From contig OZ024741.1 in the NCBI GenBank assembly GCA_964016885.1, positions 87,668,001 through 87,732,000 on the forward strand: a DNA stretch of 64,000 bases. Direction: 5' to 3'. Under the pieces are notes generated by a model that saw only the letters and a program-made list of their open reading frames with translations, did not search any database and was not told the DNA's origin. The number at the start of each line of letters is the position of its first letter. Position 1 is the first letter of the stretch. This DNA comes from Eledone cirrhosa. Taxonomy: Eukaryota. Made by a program: the position numbers and the translations under genes. This document shows positions 26,676 to 40,249 of this stretch, in pieces.

Positions 26676-29600
26676 TAGACGTGTATTACTCGCTCCGGAT
26701 TTTTACGGATTATTGTTAAAAAAAACTGTGAGTTCATTGTTCAATTTGTTAGCATTGTTTAGTTTAACCCCTTGTCTGGGCTTTCAGACGTTGAGTCAAC
26801 TAATTTTCGCCCCTTTTGGGGGCAAAATTTTCATCTTAAAACTGTGTAGACTTGGTAGTCAATAATGGATGTCATTTCAGCCTCGCACACTGTAGCGAGT
26901 GCCACGTCCACTAAGAAAAGTGGTGGAGGGAAGGAAGGAGTACAAAGCTTGCAGCCTTCCTCCCTCACCTTATCGAAAAACGTTGAAAATATTGAAACCA
27001 CGGAACCAAACCCGGTAAATAATACCGGCACCAACAACAAGAACAATGACAATAACACCACAACCAACAACTGCAACAATAACAACACCAAGGAAAACAT
27101 GAACAATATCAACAACAGTGACAACAACAACAGCAACAAAAAAGACAACACCACCAAAACAACGTTCGCACAAACTGTAAAAAGAAAAACAACTATACAC
27201 GCCAATTGACATAACTAATGCGAAAAAACTACTACAAGACGCAAAACAATTCGTGACTTTTGGCGAAAACGGTGCTTTTAGCATCAATTCTCCACAGGTA
27301 TTACGTAGAGAGGCTGTCCTGAAAACCACAGTTTTCAGGACAATATCTAACGAAACCAGAAAACCAGCTCAATTATCACAAAATGAAATTGAGCTGGTTC
27401 TAAAAGATGCAATGAAGGACATAACCTTCATCCAAAAAGGAAAACTGTTTGGTAGCATTTCGGTGCTAATGAATAACCAGCCAACAGCACAAAAATACTC
27501 TGTATCACACATTGTGTCCCCGCGCTTCACCTTTTTCCCCACATACAGGGGGGAAAAGGACACAAAAAATAAAAATTATGAGTATCACACCAAATGTAAA
27601 TATTTGGGGGATACTATGTGGATTCATTGATTTTGATGAAGACAGGATAATCTCCTCCGGACGTGTATTTGGTGGGACTAGCGTAGAAGTTCTGGTGTAA
27701 ATGAGCCCAGAACGAATAGCGAATATCCCACAACGCGTGCCTCTGGACGGGCTAACCTATATAAACATTTCAGTGGAGGGTAGGCGGCCGTCATGTTACC
27801 ACTGCTTAAGCAGGGGTCACCTGAGGGCTACCTGTCCTCAATTAACGAGTCAAAAAAAAAGGCTCTTCTGCCAACCCCGAACACAACAACACAACCACCA
27901 CAACAACAACAACAACCACAACAACACGGAAAAATAACAACACAAGACACTGTCCCACCCAACCCCTCCCCACCTAAAACAAATACAAAAGCAACCACGA
28001 CAAAACCCCAAAATATACCCCTCCCCAACAACACGGAAGAGGACTCCGTATCAACGTCACCCAGTGACGACGAGGGAGACCCCTTCCAACAGGTGAAAAG
28101 GAAAAAAAAGGCACCACATTAACAAAAATGCAGCACAAACAGAACAAACATCACAAACAAAAAAACCCACCCCTCCCGAAAACATAACACCTACTACAAA
28201 ACGCAAACACGCACAACAACAAACAAAAACAAACACAACCCAACAAAAACACTATACATACATTAACAAGAACAATAAAACTTTGATGAAAGCATTAGAC
28301 AATAACCCTTCGGTGGAAACCGAAGGGATTACTTTCACCTACGCAGCGGACAAACCGCACCTAATGATGATTAGGGTCCCAACGGAAACCTATGTAACTC
28401 TGAAAAAGAACTATCCAATGGATGTGGGGCCCACCTGCACCAAACCACTTAACCGCGTCCTATTGAGATGTTTCCCCACACCACACACCCACACTCCACC
28501 AAACACCCCACCACACACTGATGTCCTCACCCCACCACAAACCACCACCCCACCAAACAACCCTTCCAACAGCCCCATGGAAATTGTGCAGCCTGGTCCC
28601 CAGGAGACGAAGAGGTAAGTAATTTCCTTTCCTCTTCCTTTTAAGTCTTCAACACCAATATGGCCAATATAAGAGTTGGATGTGTGAATGCACGCGGCCT
28701 GGGGATGTCCTGGAAACAGGGCAAACTCTTAAATGACCTCAGGTCGCACAGAGTGGATGTAATGAATATTTGTGAGTCCAGGATCAGCAGCGAGCGCCAA
28801 CTGGCCCCCATCTTCGACGACTTTGAGATCTACGCATCTCTCTGTCAGCCGAGAGGTGGGGGTGGGGTTGTCGTTCTGCTGCGAAAACACCTGGGTCTTG
28901 CCACACAGAAGGTACACCTGAACCTGGAGGGTCGACTGGTGGTTCTAGACGTCGGTAATAGTGAAAGTGGAGCCTTCAAGCTGGTGGCAGCGTATGCCCC
29001 ATCTGGGACACCGCGACCATAATTCTTCGGATGCCTGCAAACTTTTATGGGAACGTCTGGCTTTTAGTGGGGGGTTGGAATGGTATCCTGGATGCACGTT
29101 GGGACTATGTAGGGGCATGTCCCGATAGAGGGGGTGTAACAGCCTCAAACGATTAATCGGCCGATAGATATCGACTATATTTTCCGACTGTGTCACTGTG
29201 GACGTGGACTAATCTCAGCGGAACATCTAGGTCGTACCTAGATAGGTTCCTAGTTAGAAATAAGGATAGGGACATATTAGGCTGTCCACGAATGTTCATG
29301 GTTGACTATTCGGATCACAAGTTGGTGACCGGAGTGGTCAACCTTGATAGAACCCATAGACAAAGACCCGGTTACTGGAAGCTAAACTTGTCCTTACCGA
29401 CAAACAAAGCTTACAGTAAGCGGATTAGCACTCTAGTTAAGCAGCGGTTGACGGGGGCAATTGTCAACAGCAGGTGGTGGGGCTCTCTCAAGAGAGAAAT
29501 TAGAATAGAATCGATAGGTTTTAGTCAGGAATTAGCATCAGATAGGAATAGAACTGAAAGGGAATTAATAGATAGAGTAGAAGAGGCGATTAGGAGTGGC

Positions 29601-32313
29601 AACGTAGCCGGCGTGCTGGCGTCAAGAACGGCCCTAGACCAGTTCTTTGACGCGAAGCACGAGGGCTGCGTTGTCAGGAGTAAAATACGTGCTCTGGGTA
29701 ACGAGGGAGCCAAAGCTGTTAGCTGGGCCCGAGTGACAGAGGCAAAAAGTGGAAACAAGTCCACGATTCTGTCTTTGAAGGACCAGGATGGACGCGTGAT
29801 CCTTGAACCTGAGCGGATGAGCGCGGCCTTTCAACGGCGCTTTGCACGACTGTTCGGGAGGGGCGGCGGGCCGGGTGAGGCCATGGATTTCGGTCCATGC
29901 CTCGACGGTCTGGCGCGGCTCTCGGACGGGGAGGTGAAGTCCTGCGAAAGCCCGATTTCAGCCGCTGAAATAGGGGAGGCGCTGAGCCAATGCGGCAAAC
30001 GCAAATCTCCGAGTCTCGATGGTCTACCATACGAACTTTATGTAGCGATACCGGACTTGTTCTCCGGTCTCATCGAGGCGGTCTACTGCAACTGGCAACA
30101 GAACGGCAGAATTCCCAGTTCTGTGACCAAGGGCGTAGTCACGCTGGTGAGGAAGGACGAGAACAAGGGGATGACATAGATAACTTCAGGCCCATAACTC
30201 TGCTAAACACAGAGTTAAAGATTTTGGCCAAGGTGTTAGCGAAGAGGTTGGCGCTTGTCGTCGGGAACCTGGTGGGAGAAGCGCAGACATGCGCAATCCC
30301 GTCCAGGTCCATACAGGACAACCTCCATCTCATGCGATACGTCGTAGAGAGGGTAGGGAACGAACCCGGCTTTGGAGGGGCCCTGATCAACTTGGATCAA
30401 TCTAAGGCGTTCGATAGGGTCGTCCATCGGTACCTGGATGCGGTGCTCGCGGCGGCAGGCTTCGGACCCGTTTTCTGAAGCTGGATTGCTGCAATGCACA
30501 GCAGCAACACCTGCTCGAGGGTCAAGGTGAACGGCTACCTCTCGGAACCGTTCCAAATCACGCGATCCATCCGACAGTGATGCCCTCTCTCCTCCCTTCT
30601 GTATGTGCTGGCTCTCGAGCCACTACTGCGGAAGATGGAGCTGTGCAGGGCATCCCCTTGGAACCGGGATTGCGGAAAGCGGTGTCGGCCTACGCCGATG
30701 ACGTGACAGTAATGGTGTCGTGCGCCTCGGAAATCGGGCAGATCGGCACCTTACTAGAGGAATACGAAAGGTTTACAGGAGCAAAGCTGAACCGGGACAA
30801 GTCCGTCGGTTTGCAACTCGGAACGTGGAGGAGCAAACCGATGCCCTCCGACGGCATCGTCGGATGCTGGACGGAGGGACCGGTGAAGCTGCTCGGGGTC
30901 TGGTTCGGACCGGACCTCCAGGTGGAGAAAAACTGGGACGAGATAACGGGCAAGGTGTTTGCACTCGCCCAGAAGTAGGCCGAGTGCAAACTATCCCTGA
31001 AAGGTCGAGCGGAGGTGGCGAACGCTTATATAGCGTCCGTCATCTACTACCGCTTGACCGTCGTGCCTTGCCCAGAGAAAACACTCTCCAAAATGGAGCG
31101 CGCGCTCTTCCGATTCCTTTAGAAGATGCGGGCTCATTTGGTGAGAAGATCCATCTGCTGTCAACACCCTACGAACGGAGGGCTGAGGATGCTGTGGCTG
31201 ACGATGCGTAGGCACGCATTAAGGCTACGGCACCTCCAGGTATTCCTCAGCGGTCAGCCGGTGTGGGCCCTGTTTGTGAGGCGAGCCTTTCCGAGACTCG
31301 TCTCACTCACCGAGCTGCAATCCTGGGTCAAGCAAAGACCGAGAAAAGTGGGCGACTGGCACATTGAATGTGCCCAGGCGCTCACGGCCCTCTGGCAAGC
31401 GGATCCGGCAATCAGTGGAGACTCAACCTCAACATTCTATAGAGGTTTGGTGCGCAGTAAGTGCGACGACGCTCTCGGAGAGGCTCTGGGCATGGAGGAA
31501 GATGAGCTGGCCAGTTTGTTCGGTAGGACGTTTGGCCCGGGACCGATAGACAACTTCCAAAAGTCCCTGGCTTGGCAATGTTACCGAGGAGCTCTACCCG
31601 TTCGGGACAAGCTCTACAGACACGGGCGCCCGGGTAGGGACCCCTCGAAGAAGATCTGTCCGAGATGCGTGCGTGACGAGGAAACCGTCACACACGCATT
31701 CGTACACTGCCCAGGCGTTGCTGACCTGTGGGGCTATGTGGAACGACTACTGTCGCGGGTGGGACCAATCCGGTTGACCACCAAGAACATTGTCACGATC
31801 AAACCGCCTCCCCCTTTCAAAAACGAAGGAGAGGCAGTTTTCCTCTGTGTGATAGCTATGGCGAAAGAAGTTGTATGGTGGACAAGGTTGAAAGAGCTGA
31901 GGTCAGACACCTTTCTCTCCGGCCAACAACTGGTCTTTTTTTTCAAGTACCACTTTAGAAGAAGGGTCAGAATGGAGAGAGAGGTGCTCTAACCCAGCAA
32001 GTTTTATGAAAGGTGGGTGAAAGTAGCGAGAATGGCCCGAGTGAATGGGCCTTCTCTCTATATCAGCCTGTAGGTGACAGAGGAGAAGAATGAGAAGATG
32101 AAGGAAGCACCCGCTCTTTGTGCTCCTGAAGAGGAGGGTTGCACATTTTTTCGGGGGTGTGTGCGACCCATGTCAACGCCCCTCCCTATTGAGGACATCG
32201 ATTGTTAAATTTAATTTGTTATATGTTTTTTACACGTCTTTTTAAATGTATGTAAACTCCCCCCTTTGTATTTGTCCCAATCTTTGATGCCCTGGTGGCA
32301 AATAAATAGAAAT
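26676..32313 (+). mobile_element. L1/Tx1-clade LINE copy B, apparently full-length but decayed
   Basis: ORF1 remnants 26865-28618 with CCHC knuckle CYHCLSRGHLRATC; ORF2 28660-32072 with APE, RT (AYADD) and zf-RVT broken by several stops and frameshifts; 3' CCTGGTGGCAAATAAA. Confidence 0.95.
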
Positions 32314-32410
32314 TTATATCAACCATACAACACTCTCTCACAATCCCCCTCTATATATTAATTAACACCAAACTCTCCCCTATCTACATTAACCATACAA
32401 CTTTCTTTCC

Positions 32411-34025
32411 CAATTCCCCTCTCTATATCAATTAACACGAAACTCTCCCCCTCTCCATATCTACTACGCGGAATTATCTTTCAATTCCCCTCTCTATATC
32501 AATTCACACCAAACTCTCCCCCTCTCTATATCTACTACACGGAATTATCTTTCAATTCCCCTCTCTATATCAATTCACACCAAACTCTCCCCCTCTCCAT
32601 ATCTACTACGCGGAATTATCTTTCAATTCCCCTCTCTATATCAATTCACACCAAACTCTCCCCCTCTCTATATCTACTACACGGAATTATCTTTCAATTC
32701 CCCTCTCTATATCAATTAACACGAAACTCTCCCCCTCTCCATATCTACTACGCGGAATTATCTTTCAATTCCCCTCTCTATATCAATTCACACCAAACTC
32801 TCCCCCTCTCTATATCTACTACACGGAATTATCTTTCAATTCCCCTCTCTATATCAATTCACACCAAACTCTCCCCCTCTCCATATCTACTACGCGGAAT
32901 TATCTTTCAATTCCCCTCTCTATATCAATTCACACCAAACTCTCCCCCTCTCTATATCTACTACACGGAATTATCTTTCAATTCCCCTCTCTATATCAAT
33001 TCACACCAAACTCTCCCCCTCTCCATATCTACTACGCGGAATTATCTTTCAATTCCCCTCTCTATATCAATTCACACCAAACTCTCCCCCTCTCTATATC
33101 TACTACACGGAATTATCTTTCAATTCCCCTCTCTATATCAATTAACACGAAACTCTCCCCCTCTCCATATCTACTACGCGGAATTATCTTTCAATTCCCC
33201 TCTCTATATCAATTCACACCAAACTCTCCCCCTCTCTATATCTACTACACGGAATTATCTTTCAATTCCCCTCTCTATATCAATTCACACCAAACTCTCC
33301 CCCTCTCCATATCTACTACGCGGAATTATCTTTCAATTCCCCTCTCTATATCAATTCACACCAAACTCTCCCCCTCTCTATATCTACTACACGGAATTAT
33401 CTTTCAATTCCCCTCTCTATATCAATTAACACGAAACTCTCCCCCTCTCCATATCTACTACGCGGAATTATCTTTCAATTCCCCTCTCTATATCAATTCA
33501 CACCAAACTCTCCCCCTCTCTATATCTACTACACGGAATTATCTTTCAATTCCCCTCTCTATATCAATTAACACCAAACTCTCCCCCTCTCCATATCTAC
33601 TACGCGGAATTATCTTTCAATTCCCCTCTCTATATCAATTCACACCAAACTCTCCCCCTCTCTATATCTACTACACGGAATTATCTTTCAATTCCCCTCT
33701 CTATATCAATTAACACGAAACTCTCCCCCTCTCCATATCTACTACGCGGAATTATCTTTCAATTCCCCTCTCTATATCAATTCACACCAAACTCTCCCCC
33801 TCTCTATATCTACTACACGGAATTATCTTTCAATTCCCCTCTCTATATCAATTCACACCAAACTCTCCCCCTCTCTATATCTACTACACGGAATTATCTT
33901 TCAATTCCCCTCTCTATATCAATTCACACCAAACTCTCCCCCTCTCCATATCTACTACACGGAATTATCTTTCAATTCCCCTCTCTATATCAATTCACAC
34001 CAAACTCTCCCCCTCTCTATATCTA
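32411..34025. repeat. 71-bp tandem satellite, about 22.7 near-identical units
   Basis: CTACTAC recurs at 32461, 32532, 32603 and onward; alternating CCAT/CGCGG and CTAT/CACGG variants. Confidence 0.97.
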
Positions 34026-34516
34026 TATGTACATAAATTGCAGTGCATATACAAATAGATGTGTGTTTTGGTAGTTTGGGGAGAAAAATATAATTATTGG
34101 GGGGATTTTCATTTGCAAATAGTGCAAGCTTGACTGACTAGGAGAGCCCGTGGCAGTGGAGACGTCTGGTGTCCTTAGCCCTAAGGCCAGCTTTCTGCTC
34201 ACCACCATCGACACCGAGTTGGAAACCCGCAGGTGTGAGCCTCGCGAGCTGGAATGGCTCTTCCAGCACGTTTCCCTCATCATCCTCTGAGAAAAAGACT
34301 TCTCTATTCTGTCCGCTGGGGCCGCGGGATGGCCTGCGCGTAGGCCCCCATTTTCTCACAATAGTGAGAGATGAGGAGAGCGGGAGAGACGGAGACCGTG
34401 ACAGTGGGAGTTTGGTTCTTTTCTGTTTGGACCTGGTGTATATATGTGTATATATGAGATAATAGTTTTCACACAGCTACTGGCATAGCTGGTTATAGTT
34501 AATTTGCTAAAACAAC

Positions 34517-34862
34517 GGCACATGGCAGAGTGGTTAGAACATTGTACTTGCAATCATGAAGTTGTTAGTTTGATTCTCGGACGGGGTGATGCGTTGTGTC
34601 CTTGAGCAAGACATTTTATTTCACATTGCTCCAGTTTACTCAGCTGTAGAAATGAGTTACGATGTCACTTGTGCTGAGTTGTATCGGCCATTGCATTTCC
34701 CTTGGACAACATAGGTGGAGTGGACAGGGGAGACTGGTATGCATGGGTGACTGCTGGCCTGCCATAAACAACCTTGCCCGGACTTGTGCCTCGGAGAGGG
34801 AACTTTCTAGGCGCAAATCCCATTGTCATTCGTGACCAAAGGGAGTCTTTACCTCTTTACCC
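34517..34862 (+). mobile_element. tRNA-derived SINE, near full length
   Basis: A-box TGGCAGAGTGGTTAG, B-box-like GTTTGATTC, TGTGTCCTTGAGCAAGAC body, (CTTTAC) tail; the tail also occurs at 9600-9665 minus. Confidence 0.85.
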
Positions 34863-35556
34863 TCTCCCTCTCTCTCTATATATATATATATATATACATA
34901 TGAGATTGAAATGCAAATCGCTTACCCGAGAGAGCCTTATCCTCGTTACTACTCTCTGTATCTAGTGACACAAAAACCGAGAATCATACAAAGAGAGGGG
35001 GAAGAGGGAGAAAGAGAGAGTTTTAGCATGATTTACATGGACTTAATTAAATCTCCATTAAATATAAAGCTATTGTATTTTTACAGAGCTTCAATTGTCT
35101 TCCTAGATTAAAAATAACTTGAAAACAAAATTACTACTAAGTTTTCTTTGATATGCACGTCACACTAAATATTACATATAGAACGACATTAATTATCAAT
35201 CTATTATCTGTAATGGAGAATATCCTATCAATATTAATAAAGAAATATTCTAATATCGATTTCTTTGGATTTCTTTTTCAGACAATATGCTGCAATTGAT
35301 TTAATCGATGCAGCCCACTTCCAAATCAACTCATTTATCTCTTGCATGGGAGGAGTTGAATTGTAAAGTATACGCAGCTAAGATGGGAACTTGTATTAGA
35401 AACATACAAAACTAATGAACCTTCTATGTGAAATGGCAGCCAACTCACCATCTAACTATAACCCTGGCATCTTGCAAAAAGAAGGACACATTCGTCAATG
35501 TACTCCTTGATATATAAATAAATAAGAGGTGTTCATGTCACAGTGACGAGAACACC

Positions 35557-35755
35557 ATCTATATATATAAAACTGTTGTTGCCTGTGTGTGTGTCCTCAT
35601 TTTTGCAAAGTCTATACAAATCCACATTTCTACTCCGATTGACTTCAAACTTGCATTTATATATTCCTTGCGGTCTAAAGATATTAACTGCAGCTTTTAT
35701 TTTTCAATTTTCTGTTGTTAAAGGGGTGTTAGGCGCCGTTTATCCATCTCCGTAG
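35557..35755 (+). mobile_element. Helitron-like non-autonomous 5' segment
   Basis: TCTATATATATAAAA...CCACATTTCTACTCCGATT resembles the 5' end of the Helitron at 4689. Confidence 0.5.
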
Positions 35756-36061
35756 CGCTCTTATAATATCTGTCTGTATGCCTGGCTGACTGCATTACGA
35801 CATTCTGACGAACATTGATGACGTATTCTGTTCGCTATTTTCCGTTCATGGCCAGGGAACGTCTTCACGAACCAAAGTATCGTCTTCCTGCTTTCCTTCG
35901 GTTGCAACGTTTTTCGAAATATTTACTTCTGCGTTCACAGATTGATGTTTTTAGTTTCAGAAGATCCAGTTAAGGGTGAAAGCAACGATTCTTTGCTGAA
36001 ACTTTAATCTGTTATTTTAATCTATATATGTATATATATATAAAACTGAGGAAGGGTGTAT

Positions 36062-36352
36062 GTATGTTCTTCTGGTTTTATAATTTCACAATTTTTTTAC
36101 AAAAAGAGAGAGTCGGTTTCTAACAAGACTCTCTCATTGGAATTTACACATCAACTAGGTAGATTATGTATTGCATGCATGTGTAGATATGGATGTTATT
36201 GTATGTGTGGATGTGTATGTTTTGAGTTGTATGTGTGCATGTGTATATGCTTTGTATCTGTACATGTGTATATGCAGTTATTAGATGCAAAATTTTTGGA
36301 ATGTTTTACATATTTTTACTGTTCCATTAATGGATTGTACTTGTAATTTCCT
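36062..36352 (-). mobile_element. R4/Dong-type 3' UTR copy inside (TATG)n
   Basis: Homologous to 45200-45510, which lies directly 3' of an RLE coding remnant. Confidence 0.65.
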
Positions 36353-38204
36353 ATATGTATGTGTGTATGTATGTGTGTATGTGTGGGGGGGGAGAAGTAC
36401 CCAACCGATTTTTTTCAAACTTTACATGTGTATTACTTATGTTTCAGGGAGTGTTATGCAGATAAAAAATTCTACTTTTTGATCCCCTTTTTGATCCAAC
36501 TTTTTTATTCCCCCTAGGTGAAAACTGCGTTTTTTCAGCTTTTTATGTTTTTTTGCGTGCGTGTGCGTGTGTGTGCGCGCTACTCGGCTCACAAATGAAA
36601 GGTCATGAGTTCGATATCGTGGGGATAGTGTGTCCTTGAACAAGACATTTAATTTCACGTTGCTTCAGTCCACTCCACCGCAAAAAATGAGTTGTACCTG
36701 CAAGCCCGTCACCATAGGATGAGAGGGAGGGGTACTGAATGGCACTATCCCCACCCCCACTTTTCAATGGTGCGCCGCAGGTTTCGTGAATAGAGTTTAG
36801 AAAAATGTTCTTTGTCTTCTCACATCCAAAACAAAACTAAAATTAAAAGAAAACAAACATAAAAGTTAACAAAAAGAAACTGGTAAAAAAAATCTCTACG
36901 TTTCCGAGGATCGAATAATTAAAAGACATCGTTACAACCAGACCTTATGATGGCGAATCGTATTTAGACATTTAGTCATACTGCGTCCGCAAAATGGAAT
37001 ACATTTGGATTTTAAAGACACAACTATTTTTCAACTTAACTGTTTTTTGTATTAACTCTTATCTGTCTCTTTTTCAATGATCGAATTTGGGGGAAAAAAT
37101 GAATTTTTTTTGTTTTTGTTCTTTGTGGACGCAGCATTTGGTCTAAGGTTCGAACCCACAACCTTGTAAGTGAAATTAGGTTGATGGAAACTGTGTGGAA
37201 GCCTGTCGGTTGGGCTGTACCAGTAATTCAAAATGCTAGCAGTCACACACTGTATCACGCTGAATCACCCTGAGAATTTACGTTAAGGTTACATGTAACT
37301 GTGGAATGGTCAGCCATTTACATGAGCATGATGTTCTATTAATCAAAGAAAAATAATTTTCGAAACCGAAAAAGCTCCATTATTTTACTTTTTAATTCGT
37401 TTAGCTCCCGGTTCGGTAAAATAAAAAAATTAACCTTTGTAGCCTCGTGAATTCTCCTATTGCTTTTTCCTATTGTAGTTCTTTGGGCACGATGTAGTAT
37501 CTTTTGCTATCTCTTCTAAATAATGTTATTTCTGAAAAGTTTATTTTCGATAACATTGTAGTATTTTTATGCGAGAAACACTATCCCTCCAAGCTGTATC
37601 TAATTATGCCTTTTCTTTTTAAGATGTATACCTTTTTTTTCATTTGCTGTTGTTTTGCATCTGGGAATTTTTACTTTTCGTTTATTTTAGCACTTGAAAA
37701 CTTTTATCCCCAAATATATGGTTCCGTATATATGCACGCATGTCTGTGTTTCTACATGTATTTTCTTTATATACTTTTTGTGTGTATTTATTTCTCTGTA
37801 TCTATTTCCGTACGAGTACAGGAACATGTGGTATATATATTGGCAGAGTTATAAGAACGTCGGATAGAATGCTTTGTAGTATTCAATTCGGTTCTCTATA
37901 AAAATGTACCAGTCAAGTACTGGGTCGATTCTTCCTCTATATCTTTATATCTCTTTCTCACTTCCTTTCTTCCACACTCTCTATCCTTCTCTGGAAGAAA
38001 TCTACTGTATTCAGGCCTGGAGAGGAGATGGGCTCCATCATGTTTAAAGAATGCCCTAGAATCCTCAGTAGTTACAGGTCCATAACAAAGGCGGGTAGAG
38101 AGGCGCGGGAACACTCGGAGTTACAGATAAGCACCTCTCAGCCGTTTAAATTTATAGAAAAGCAATCCCTTGATATTGATATTGAATATACCATATATAT
38201 ATTA

Positions 38205-39345
38205 CTAGCGGTCTCCGGGTCTGTACTGTGTTCAAATCTATTCCTAAGGCATCAGTTGTAATCTGAGGTAATGTCCATTTTCCTTACAATAACAGATGTA
38301 AAAAGGTATTTAAATATTGCATAACATAATTTTTTTTAATTCTTTAGTACATCTTAATACAGAAAGTAATACAGAAAATAATCGAAAAATCTATTCTACG
38401 AAAATTATAAAACACTTACTGAACTTATATACAATGATTTTAGCGTCGATAAATTTATGTCTTGGCTATCTCCAGGGATCATTATTGAGAGATTTTGTTG
38501 GTGGCATTCACTGTGATGTTTTGGGGGTCAAGGTTTGCTCTTTCACACAGCCACTCCTCTTTAGAATGGTGAAGTTGGAAATTGAGGAACACTTAATTCA
38601 TGAAGCTTATAACGCTTTCCACAACAGTACAAAATGAAGAAGGATCAAAACATCCTTCAATATCAAGGGATTGCTTTTCTATAAATTTAAACGGCTGAGA
38701 GGTGCTTATCTGTAACTCCGAGTGTTCCCGCGCCTCCCTACCCGCCTTTGTTATTTACACAGAAGAAATCTCAGAAGCTGACAAAATCCAAAGTGTCTCC
38801 TTTGCACCCACCCCCCATTCCATTTTCGGAAAAGAAAGCGATATATGTTAAAGAACGGAAATAATAAAAAAATGTAGAATTCTACGAAAATTATAAAACA
38901 TTTACAGAACTTCAGTATATACAATGTTTATAACTTTTTTCTTCGGAGCATATATGAAGAGTTTGTGAGGTCTTCCTAGTCCGCAATAACCTACATACAA
39001 TTGACCATGTGAGAAACATCCCTCTTCTAGATGGAGACTGACAATCTGCGGGGTTTGACTTTGGGATTTATTAATGGTCATAGTGTAACTGATTCTCACT
39101 GGGGATTGCAATCATTTGAAACAAAAGGGGTCATCCGTTGGTATTAGCGGCATTCTCAGTATAAAGGCGATGTCTCCTTTACCACAACCTGTGAGAATTA
39201 TAGCTTCGATAATGTAGGCTGTAGTTCAATTACAACCATACGACTCCCATTGCACAATCTTGGCTGATCCAAGTTTCTGAGGAGTATGGTGACTGTGGCC
39301 TTCTCCAATTCAATGTTGTATGGCAGCATACCGGATTGTTTTATC
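38205..39345 (-). mobile_element. Second Helitron remnant (PIF1 helicase C-terminus)
   Basis: TINKSQSQT...CFSHGQLYV...NIVYTEVL (38902-39111) and CNGS motif; CTAG-T terminus at 38205. Confidence 0.75.
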
Positions 39346-40249
39346 TATGTTAATTAACAGACATACATCTTTAGCTGTAGAGGCCTGTGTGTCAAGTTGT
39401 TTTTGACTGCTTTCAAATTCATTCTCCAGCAGCCCGATATCGTCTGCATATTGAAAATCAGCAATCCGGGGCCTTCAATAGCCGCCTCTGTTTCAGCCTC
39501 AGTGTTAATGTTCAAATCATGTTCAACGGGGAGAATTTCTTTACTTGCTATAACTGGTGGTTATAGAGATTTGAAAAATATATATTCCGTTTGCAACTTT
39601 ATTCTGTATCCTGCTACGTTAATGCTGCTGTTAATTAAGTCTATCCTGTCAAGTCCGGACTATATATATATATAATGGCTGCAAACTCTGCTAAGAGTAC
39701 AATCGCTTGTCAGGTTTTGGAGTTTGGTACACTTTTAGGCTACGGCCAGCACACGAACCTGTAACATATCCTGAACAAGCAATGCCTGTGCGTTGAAGGT
39801 TTTTTAAGTGGGGAAAGGCCTTGCACTCGACTAATCTGACTCTCTGAGTATCGAAAATATTACCCGAAAAGGATAACTGGGCAACATCATCGGATGCTTC
39901 AGAAGCCGCAGGTTTTTTTTTCAGAGTTTCCCTCTCCTAGAAAGGTGTTGTGACAACTACTAGGGGGGGGGGGGGCTTTCACTCCCAGGTGAAAAAAAAA
40001 AATGGTATTTTGATGGCCGTTGACTCTGCTGAGTTCCTCCACCCTTTGCCCGGTCTTGTATTTCCTCTCACAGGGTGTCCAAATATCACCCTCCTCACGA
40101 AGCTAGCTTGGTGGGATTGCCGGTTTAGTCACCGACGTCCCGACCAGGAGACAGGTTGTACTGGGTTACCAGTAGCACTCGAGAGTGACCTGACATTATA
40201 TATACATATATATATACATATCGTCGTCGGCACCTGCTCGTGTCCCAGA

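Noticed and set aside
32411-34025. CRISPR-like array
   Set aside because: No unique spacers, no cas genes and a eukaryotic context; it is a tandem satellite
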